A stretch of 64,000 bases of DNA from an uncultured Gemmatimonadales bacterium (lineage in GTDB: Bacteria; Gemmatimonadota; Gemmatimonadetes; Gemmatimonadales; Gemmatimonadaceae). The position numbers and the translations under genes are program-made. The stretch is from contig OY969695.1 of the NCBI GenBank assembly GCA_963701965.1, positions 2,560,001-2,624,000 on the forward strand, in the 5' to 3' direction. The notes under the pieces are model-generated. The model was not told the DNA's origin, did no database searches, and saw only the letters and a list, made by a program, of their open reading frames with translations. This document shows, one piece after another, positions 56,648 through 64,000 of this stretch (within the stretch, counting starts at the first letter, position 1; each line of letters begins with the position of its first letter).

Positions 56648-57573
56648 GCGATGAGGCGCAACGCGCGCAGCTCGTCGATCGGCTCCTGGAACGAGCACGA
56701 GCCAAACGAGAGCGCGTAGTTGGCCCGCGCGGCCGTGACCGCGGGCGTCGTGATCCGGCGGTTGCGCCACGTGATCCCGCCATCGACAAACGCGAACGCG
56801 TCGGCCGACGTCTCCTCCATCATCGCGACCGCGTCGTTGGCCGGAATCCCCGTGCGCACGAAGGCGGCGGCGCAGAACACATTCAGGAATCCATGCATGA
56901 CGGCCGACGCGCTGTCCGGCGCGTACGTCAGCCGGTACGGGCCGCGGGCGGCATGATGCAGACCCGCGGTCGCCTTGAGCGGCACCGCGGCTCGCGCGCA
57001 CGCGCGGAGAAATCGCACGACCTCGGCCACCGCCGGGATCGCGTCCGGCGTCACCCCACCCGTGCGAATCTTCGCCTGCGCGCCCGCGCGCGACAGCTCG
57101 CCGATCAACGCCAATGGATCCGCCGCGGTCGGGATCTCGACCACCAGGATCACATCCGTCGGACACGCCTGGGTCAGCACCGCGATCTCCGCCGCCGTCG
57201 ACGCGCGTGCTTCGACCACGTCGATCGTCGCACGCCCCGACCCTCGGCCCGGGCGGTGCCGGCGATTGAACTCGGCCACCCGGGCGACATCGGACCCCAC
57301 GTCCGGGCCGGCGAGCGCGCTCAGATGCCACGCGGCGCCCACACTGGCGCGCGTCAGGAACGGCGCCGCCACCGTCTCGAATTCCTCGAGTCGGGCGGCC
57401 GGCACGATAAAGCGGCCAAGGAAACGGCGATCCGCGTCCGTTTGATAGGCCGCATAGTTGCGCACTGCCGTCGGCATATCGAGACTCGCCGGAGGAAAAA
57501 GACCGGCATAGTCGATCAACCCGGCCATCAGCGCCTCGATCGCGGCGTGCGGAGTCGAATCCGGCACAGGCAT
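56644..57573 (-). CDS. Conserved hypothetical protein coupled to fahA
   Basis: LIDYAGLFPPASL, AKIRTGG, KATAGLHH, HGFLNV, SFGSCSFQEP. GTGA overlap. Confidence 0.85.
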   Translation of the reverse strand: MPVPDSTPHAAIEALMAGLIDYAGLFPPASLDMPTAVRNYAAYQTDADRRFLGRFIVPAARLEEFETVAAPFLTRASVGAAWHLSALAGPDVGSDVARVAEFNRRHRPGRGSGRATIDVVEARASTAAEIAVLTQACPTDVILVVEIPTAADPLALIGELSRAGAQAKIRTGGVTPDAIPAVAEVVRFLRACARAAVPLKATAGLHHAARGPYRLTYAPDSASAVMHGFLNVFCAAAFVRTGIPANDAVAMMEETSADAFAFVDGGITWRNRRITTPAVTAARANYALSFGSCSFQEPIDELRALRLIA

Positions 57574-57771
57574 AATATCAACCGGAATGACCGGCCGCGA
57601 AACACCAGCCGCCTCCCAGGCGGCCAGTTGTTCTATCGCCCAAGTCGCCCAGCCCCTGCCCCCGATTTTCTCGGCGCCGCTTGGCGCACCGCAACGACCC
57701 CTCTGGCAGGCCCACGCCAGCCCCGCATCTCCCGTTGGCGCCCCTTCGCACGCCGAGACCACGGCTTTTCG

Positions 57772-58095
57772 GCCGACGTGAATACGCTACCGTCCCCGAA
57801 GCTCACAGTCCCCATACGCCCGTGATGCCCCTGACTCTCGATCCGAGCACGGCGATCATTCGTCGCAGAAAACCGCGGCCTTCTGGGCGACGTACGCTAC
57901 CATCCCCGGAATCTCACGGTGCCCCACGCCCGTGATCCCTCCAGACTCACGATCGGAGCACGGCGATCATTCGTCGCAGGCGGCCTGCTGTACCGAGACG
58001 CCGGAGACGAATGATCGCCGTGCGACCCCGCGCATCGCCGTACGACCCCGCGCAGTCGCCGTACGACCCCGCGCAACGCCATACGACCCCGCGCG
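57772..58095. repeat. Repeat cluster: imperfect ~110-bp tandem duplication, further copies of the palindromic element, and four 20-21-bp tandem repeats
   Basis: Partial element at 57845-57868, full element at 57956-58023, CGACCCCGCGC four times at 58023-58094. Confidence 0.85.
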
Positions 58096-58103
58096 TCCGC
58101 AGG

Positions 58104-59141
58104 CTACATCGTGAGCACGATCTTCCCAATGTGCTCACTAGAGTCGATCCGCCGATGAGCGTCGACAACCTGCGCCAGCGGATAGGTATGGTCGATGACC
58201 GGCCTTACCCGCTCAGTCTCGAGCAACGGCCAGACCTCAGCCAGCAACTCCCGCGCAATGACGCCTTTCTCCCCGGGCGACCGGGGCCGCAACGTCGACC
58301 CCGTCACCGTCAGCCGCTTCCGCATGACGACATGGAGATCGACCTCGACCTTGCTCCCTTCGAGCAGCGAGATCTGCACCAACCTCCCGTCCACCGCCAA
58401 CGCCGCCAAATTCCGCGCGACATACGGCCCCCCGACCATGTCGAGGATGAGCTGAACCCCCACGCCACCCGTGCGCTCCCGCACCTCGGCGACAAAATCG
58501 CTCTCCCGGTAGTTGAACGCCGCGACCGCGCCAAGCTTCACCGCGGCCGCGCATTTGACGTCCGATCCCGCGGTCGCGAACACCCGCGCCCCAAACGCAT
58601 GCGCCAGCTGGATGGCCGTCGTGCCGATCCCACTCGCCCCACCATGGACGAGAAAGGACTCACCAGCCGCCAACCTCCCGCGCTGAAACACGTTCGTCCA
58701 GACCGTGAAGAACGTCTCGGGAATCGCCGCCGCCTCGATCATGGACAACCCCGCCGGCACCGGCAGACACTGCACGGCCGGCGCCGCGCAATACTCCGCG
58801 TACCCCCCACCGGCCACGAGCGCGCAGACCGCATCCCCCAGCGCCCAGTCACCCGCCCCCACCCCACGCGCCACGACGCGCCCCGCCACCTCGAGCCCGA
58901 GGATCGGCGACGCCCCGGGCGGCGGCGGATACGTCCCCAGTCGCTGCGCGACGTCCGGACGATTAACCCCTGCCGCCTCGACCTCGATCAAGACCCCGTC
59001 CTCCGGCACATCCGGCACCGGCCCGGTCGCCAGCACCATGACGTCCGGCGGCCCACCTCCCGGCACCCTCACGTCGACATACCGCATCGTCGACGGGATG
59101 GCCGACGCCCCGCCGGGCGCGATCGCCGCCGCCCGCGCCAT
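58104..59141 (-). CDS. NAD(P)H-quinone oxidoreductase (PIG3 family)
   Basis: GVNRPD..QR.G.YPPPPGAS.ILGLE, HGGASGIGT, GSTLRPR, HIGKIVL. Confidence 0.94.
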   Translation of the reverse strand: MARAAAIAPGGASAIPSTMRYVDVRVPGGGPPDVMVLATGPVPDVPEDGVLIEVEAAGVNRPDVAQRLGTYPPPPGASPILGLEVAGRVVARGVGAGDWALGDAVCALVAGGGYAEYCAAPAVQCLPVPAGLSMIEAAAIPETFFTVWTNVFQRGRLAAGESFLVHGGASGIGTTAIQLAHAFGARVFATAGSDVKCAAAVKLGAVAAFNYRESDFVAEVRERTGGVGVQLILDMVGGPYVARNLAALAVDGRLVQISLLEGSKVEVDLHVVMRKRLTVTGSTLRPRSPGEKGVIARELLAEVWPLLETERVRPVIDHTYPLAQVVDAHRRIDSSEHIGKIVLTM

Positions 59142-60040
59142 CACGCGCGCCCGTTCCCAGCGCCCAACCCCGCATTCTCCGCCGCGACACGCCCCAACAC
59201 CGCCTGATCCCGCGTCTCGTACCCGCGCGCCAGCGCGGTAACGAACGCATCCCGCACCACGCTGGCGATCGGCATCGGCACCCGGAGCGCCTCGGCCGCC
59301 GACAGGCACAGTCGCACGTCCTTGAGCGCCAACGGCACCGCAAACCCCGCCTTCTCGTCCGCCCCCGCCGCGATCAGATCCCCGTACGTCCGGTAGACCG
59401 GCGCGTTGAACAAGGATGTCGTCAGCAACTCCTTGTACTGCTCCACGTCCACCCCACCCTTCCGCACCAGCGCAAACGCCTCCGCCAGCGACTCGATCGC
59501 GGACTGCAGCAGGAAGTTGCCCGAGAGCTTGATCAGGTTCGCCGCCACCGGATCCGTCCCCACCCGATACGTCCGCTGTCCGACCACGTCGAATATCGGC
59601 TGCATGGCCGTCACCGCGTCGTCCGGACCCGCGACCACTACGAAGAGCTTCCCGGCCGCCGCCGCATCCGGCCGCCCGAACACGGGCGCCGAGATGAACC
59701 GCTGCCCCGCCTTCGCATGCGCCTCGACCAACCGGCGCGACAACGCCACGCTGATGGTGCTCATGGAGACGTGCACGGCGCCGGTATCGAGCACGTCCAG
59801 GATGCCGTCCGCCGCGAACACCACATGCTCCAGCGCGTCGTCCGCCGCCACCATCGTAATCACCGCATCCGCCCCACGCGCCGCCGCCTCGGGCGTCTCG
59901 GCGACCACCGCCCCGCGCTCCCGGAGCGACGCGGCCCGCGCCGCCGTCCGGTTGTAGACCGCCAGCGCGTGGCCGGCGGCCAAAAGCCGCTCCGCCATAG
60001 CGTGGCCCATCTGCCCGAGCCCCACAAATCCAATGCGCAT
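59141..60040 (-). CDS. NAD(P)-dependent beta-hydroxyacid dehydrogenase (3-hydroxyisobutyrate DH family)
   Basis: GFVGLGQMG, YNRT, MSTIS, APVFG, catalytic K in ANLIKL, LALKD. Confidence 0.93.
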   Translation of the reverse strand: MRIGFVGLGQMGHAMAERLLAAGHALAVYNRTAARAASLRERGAVVAETPEAAARGADAVITMVAADDALEHVVFAADGILDVLDTGAVHVSMSTISVALSRRLVEAHAKAGQRFISAPVFGRPDAAAAGKLFVVVAGPDDAVTAMQPIFDVVGQRTYRVGTDPVAANLIKLSGNFLLQSAIESLAEAFALVRKGGVDVEQYKELLTTSLFNAPVYRTYGDLIAAGADEKAGFAVPLALKDVRLCLSAAEALRVPMPIASVVRDAFVTALARGYETRDQAVLGRVAAENAGLGAGNGRA

Positions 60041-60104
60041 ATATGGGCGAATCTAACGACCCCCCGTGACAGGCCCGTGATCGGGCGCGACAATACTTGG
60101 CAGT

Positions 60105-61490
60105 ATGCGCTACGACCTGATCTCCATCGGCAGCGGACCGGCCGGCCAGCGCGCCGCCGTCCAGGCCGCGAAGCTCGGCCGTTCGGCTGCGATCATCGAG
60201 GCCGGCAGCATGGGCGGCGTCTGTACCGCCACCGGCACGATTCCCAGCAAGACGTTCCGGGAAGCCGTGATGTCGTTCGCCGCCCCATCGGTCGCCCTGG
60301 ACAACGGGCCCCGCGTGAGAGCCAGGCCGAGCGCGACCGAGCTCCTTGCCCGCGTCGAACAAGTGATCGAACGCGAAGCCAACGTCATCGCCAACCAGCT
60401 CGGCAGGAATGGCGTGGAGATGGTGCAAGGCAAGGCGTCATTCGTCGACCCACACACGATCCTGGTGCAGACCGCGGACGGCACGCGGCGCCTCGAGGCC
60501 GAGCACGTCCTGATCGCCGTGGGGACGACCCCCGCGCCGCCGCCCGGCGCCGCGTCCAATGGCGAGTTCATTCTGACCAGCGACGATATCGGCGGCCTCA
60601 AGCGCCTGCCCCAGTCCATCACCGTCGTCGGCGCCGGCGTCATCGGCGTCGAGTACGCCTCGATGTTCGCCGCCCTCGGCATCAACGTCACGCTCATCGA
60701 CCGGCGGGACCGCCCCCTCGAGTTCCTCGATCAGGAGATCGTCGACGAGCTGTTGCACCAGCTCCGCAAACACAACGTCGCCTACCGGCCCAACGAAGCC
60801 GTCGACAACGTGGAGCGCGTCACCAACAACGGCGGCGTGCCGCGCGTCGCCCTCACGACCGAGTCGGGCAAGCGCATCGTCTCCGACATGGTCCTGTTCT
60901 CGGTCGGCCGCACCGGAGCCACCGCGGGTTTGGAGCTGGAACGCGCCGGCCTCGCGGCCGACGACCGCGGCCGCCTCGCCGTGGACGAGCACTTCCGGAC
61001 AGCCGTGCCGCACATCTACGCCGCGGGCGACGTCATCGGATATCCCAGTCTCGCCGCGACGTCCAGTGAACAAGGCCGCCTGGCGGCGTGCCACGCCCTC
61101 GGCGCGTCGGCGCGGCCCATGGCGCCGCACTTCCCCATCGGCATCTACGCGATTCCCGAAGTGAGCATGGTCGGTGCACCCGAGCACGAGCTCACCAAGC
61201 AAAAAATCCCGTATGAGATCGGCGTCGCGCGATACCGGGAGATCGCCCGCGGTCAGATTTTGGGCGACGACAGCGGCTACTTCAAGATGCTGTTCCACCG
61301 CGCCGATCGCCGGTTGCTCGGCGTGCACATCATGGGCACGAACGCCACCGAACTGCTGCACATCGGTCAGGCCGTGCTCGGCCTGGGCGGCGGACTGGAT
61401 TATTTCCTGGAGACCGTCTTCAACTACCCGACCCTCGCCGAGTGCTACAAGGTCGCCGCGCTCAACGCCGCGAATAAGTTCGCCGCGTAA
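60105..61490 (+). CDS. sthA: Soluble Si-specific NAD(P)+ transhydrogenase
   Basis: GSGPAG, GGVCTATGTIPSKT (CxxxGT), GVIGVEYASMF, EQGR, FNYPTLAECYKVAA. Confidence 0.93.
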   Translation: MRYDLISIGSGPAGQRAAVQAAKLGRSAAIIEAGSMGGVCTATGTIPSKTFREAVMSFAAPSVALDNGPRVRARPSATELLARVEQVIEREANVIANQLGRNGVEMVQGKASFVDPHTILVQTADGTRRLEAEHVLIAVGTTPAPPPGAASNGEFILTSDDIGGLKRLPQSITVVGAGVIGVEYASMFAALGINVTLIDRRDRPLEFLDQEIVDELLHQLRKHNVAYRPNEAVDNVERVTNNGGVPRVALTTESGKRIVSDMVLFSVGRTGATAGLELERAGLAADDRGRLAVDEHFRTAVPHIYAAGDVIGYPSLAATSSEQGRLAACHALGASARPMAPHFPIGIYAIPEVSMVGAPEHELTKQKIPYEIGVARYREIARGQILGDDSGYFKMLFHRADRRLLGVHIMGTNATELLHIGQAVLGLGGGLDYFLETVFNYPTLAECYKVAALNAANKFAA

Positions 61491-61508
61491 GCGCTGGAAC
61501 CTACGCGC

Positions 61509-62882
61509 TCACTCTCTGGACGTCGCCTTCGTCCAAATGACGATGGCCGAACACCGCGTCACGCCCGCCATGGCGATCATGCCGGCCGGTACTTCCTCTG
61601 GCTGATACGCCTCGACGGCAATGACGTCGTTGCCCGGGACCGCGGTGTCGATCGCGCCGCGCGGCACGTCGGTGAACGGAAACCCGTCGATCGAATACAC
61701 GACACAGGAGCGTCCGGTGCCCACGCCGCGCCCCTGCGTGATGTACTGCTGGTTGTTGCGCCCCGTCCGTACGGTGAACCCGGGAAGCCGGCGCGCGATG
61801 TCCGACACCACCTCTCCCTCCGTGTTCCCGAGGCGGTCACCGGTCAGGAACGTGCCGAGGCCAATGTGCTGGCGCTTGTTGAACCCGACCCGCTCCAGCG
61901 CGACGTTCCGGACCGCTTGCACATTGACCGTCGACAGCGTTGGCGGCGCATGGCCGAGCGTGAGCGCCAGACGGAGCGGGTCCTCCGTCGACAGTGTGAC
62001 CGCCGTGTCCGTGGCCCGGTACCCCACCTTGCGCATCTCGATCGTCTGCGATCCGCCCGGCAATCCCCGGAGCGCGAACACCCCGCTGTCCGACGTCGTC
62101 GTCTTGACGTTCGACCCCGTCACCGCCACATCGACATGCGCGACCGGCGCGTCATGCTCATCGACAATGCGGCCCGTGACCACCGCCGTGCCGCGCCCGA
62201 GCGTATCGAGCCGCAGCGTCACCATCGCCAGCGCCCGATGCGAGAGATCGGCCACGATCTCGCCCGTGACGAACTTGCCGCGGGTCGCCACCACGGTGCC
62301 GCTCGAGCCCGGCGGGATGCCGCACAGGCGATATGTCCCGCTGGCATCCGTCTTGGTTTCGCGCGAGCCCCGCGTCTTGGTGAGATGCTTCCCGTCCACG
62401 ACGTACGAGACCCACGCGTAGCGCACGATCGCGCTCGCGATCCCGCCCTCGCTGCCCGCGTTCAGCACATGGCCGAGCACCACCGCGTTCCCCAACGCCC
62501 GGTCGGCCTCCGAGCAATACAGCGCCACCACGCTCGGCACGGACGGCGTGGCCAGGATGACCGTCGTCACCGAGTCCGCGCCGAATTTGAGGTCTTTGGT
62601 CGCGATCGACACATCGATCGAGTCCAGGAGCGGATCAAAGACCCCGATCGCGTGCGCGCCGGGGGGAATGCTGTCAATGTAGAATCGGCCCGTCGAGTCG
62701 ACGCTGGCATGCCGGTCGGTCCCCGCGACGATGACCTCCGCGCCCCGCAGGACACCACCGTGCACGCTGTCAATGACCGCGCCAACAAGCGCGGAATAGT
62801 GGGTTGGCGCGGGCGGTTGGGCGGCGGCCGTGACCGCGGTGCCGATCACGGTCAGGAGCAGGGCGATCGAGGGCCGGAACAT
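61509..62882 (-). CDS. Exported protein with three carboxypeptidase-regulatory-like domains and a C-terminal plug-like domain
   Basis: Signal peptide, DSTGRF / DASGTYRLCG / DSGVFAL repeats, C..Y.IDG...AVEAY...CSAIVIWTK. Confidence 0.85.
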   Translation of the reverse strand: MFRPSIALLLTVIGTAVTAAAQPPAPTHYSALVGAVIDSVHGGVLRGAEVIVAGTDRHASVDSTGRFYIDSIPPGAHAIGVFDPLLDSIDVSIATKDLKFGADSVTTVILATPSVPSVVALYCSEADRALGNAVVLGHVLNAGSEGGIASAIVRYAWVSYVVDGKHLTKTRGSRETKTDASGTYRLCGIPPGSSGTVVATRGKFVTGEIVADLSHRALAMVTLRLDTLGRGTAVVTGRIVDEHDAPVAHVDVAVTGSNVKTTTSDSGVFALRGLPGGSQTIEMRKVGYRATDTAVTLSTEDPLRLALTLGHAPPTLSTVNVQAVRNVALERVGFNKRQHIGLGTFLTGDRLGNTEGEVVSDIARRLPGFTVRTGRNNQQYITQGRGVGTGRSCVVYSIDGFPFTDVPRGAIDTAVPGNDVIAVEAYQPEEVPAGMIAMAGVTRCSAIVIWTKATSRE

Positions 62883-62926
62883 GGCGGGGCGAATATAGCG
62901 AGTCGTCGACCCGAAATCTCTAGTGT

Positions 62927-64000
62927 TTATTCGCGCGCGACGATCAGGCGCGTGACCGAATCGAGACCGCCCCGATAGAACGCCGGTCGCGCGTCCGGCG
63001 CCGCGCTCGACGGATGCACAAGCCAGATCTGTCGTCCCGCAAATGCAGCGATCAACGCCGTGTCGCGCGCGCCCAAGTCCCGCGCGTAGACGTTGCCGTC
63101 ATCCAGAATGGACAGTGGCGCGAGCGGGGTGACGCCACGCGCGGTTTCCACGGCCAACCCCGCGCAGTGCGCGGAGTACGGATACCCGACCTGGGCGCGC
63201 ACGCGGGCGCCGGTTCCCAGCTGAATGGCCCGCACCAGCGCCGAGTCGCGCTCCAACGCCCCAAGGTCCACGGCGCGGCGCGTCTCCAGCGCCGTCACCG
63301 CGCTGTCCAGCCGGCAGGCGTCGACCGTGCGCATCAGCCGCTCGACGGCGGGCGCCGATACGCCCGCGGCGCCGAGGCGCGCCGCGAGTTGGCCCTCCCA
63401 TCCTTCGCGAACGAAGACGAGCGCGTCATGCACGCCAGCGGCGCGCGCGACATCGGGCTGCGCCCAGCGCTCGGTCGCGAAGCTCGAGGACCATTGCGCC
63501 ACACGCGCGGGCGCGCCCACCACCAGGGCGACCCCGAGACTCGTGGCCAGGGCGAACGTCGCGGTCCTCTGGAGGAAAGCCGAGCGGGGGAAGACCCGGA
63601 CGCTTCGCGCCGTCCACAGCGCCGCCAGCGGCGTCAACGCGAAGAAGAATCGGGGCCCGAGGAAGAAGCCCGGGTGCCAGTACGCCGCGTACAGCGCGGC
63701 GAGGAGCGCGGCCGAGGCCAGGAGATAGCGGTCCGGCGCGCGGAGACTCCGCGCCGACGCCAACGCGATCATCGCCGGAGCGAGCGAGGGAATCGGCGTC
63801 TCGAACAGATACTGGTCGAGCTGCACGACATACGTGCTGATGAACCGGAGCCCCTCCGCCGGCGTATGCACGCCTCCCACCGGCGTCTCGTGAAATCCCA
63901 GATCGTGAGCCGCGCCCCACAGCACCTCGTACCCGAACAAGAGCGGCGCCCCGGTCGTCCGCGCGTTCACATAGAGCATGGCGCCGACCGGCAGCGCGAC
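62927..64000 (-). CDS. Membrane protein, probable GT-C-type glycosyltransferase; 5' end outside the window
   Basis: YVNARTTGAPL, TM segments, GPRFF motif, soluble C-terminal domain. Confidence 0.6.
   Translation of the reverse strand, partial: VALPVGAMLYVNARTTGAPLLFGYEVLWGAAHDLGFHETPVGGVHTPAEGLRFISTYVVQLDQYLFETPIPSLAPAMIALASARSLRAPDRYLLASAALLAALYAAYWHPGFFLGPRFFFALTPLAALWTARSVRVFPRSAFLQRTATFALATSLGVALVVGAPARVAQWSSSFATERWAQPDVARAAGVHDALVFVREGWEGQLAARLGAAGVSAPAVERLMRTVDACRLDSAVTALETRRAVDLGALERDSALVRAIQLGTGARVRAQVGYPYSAHCAGLAVETARGVTPLAPLSILDDGNVYARDLGARDTALIAAFAGRQIWLVHPSSAAPDARPAFYRGGLDSVTRLIVARE

Overview
A GC-rich (~70%) chromosomal segment. Gene content and style suggest Gemmatimonadota, but that is inference. 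It lies near the replication origin, since parA-parB sit beside two parS sites. About 60 mostly housekeeping genes are present: an ATP-dependent DNA ligase, a blue-copper lipoprotein behind a perfect Rex-type operator, a complete his operon (G-D-C-H-A-B-F-N-IE) with a His-rich leader peptide and attenuator, M16, M13 and CPBP peptidases, murB, an ABC-F ATPase, blaI-blaR1(M56), a sigma54/IHF-driven MacAB-like exporter with its two-component system, a nucleoside-type ABC importer, bactofilin, an aromatic amino acid decarboxylase, fahA and sthA. No CRISPR array, rRNA, tRNA or transposase was seen. The most unusual signals are: (1) a 63-bp double-hairpin repeat inserted in frame into two unrelated genes in opposite orientations (hisH x2, ABC ATPase x7); (2) a gene pair with PmoC-like D-x3-H-x12-H metal motifs and PmoB-like topology, a candidate distant copper membrane enzyme; (3) an orphan BECR-like nuclease gene followed by a compact structured, possibly pseudoknotted RNA, a candidate protein-RNA toxin-antitoxin; (4) a second palindromic element family with compensatory base changes, arranged as nested inverted repeats beside parS; (5) all eight apparent frameshifts fall at minus-strand CATC, which looks like a sequencing-error footprint of a DNA modification rather than real pseudogenes.
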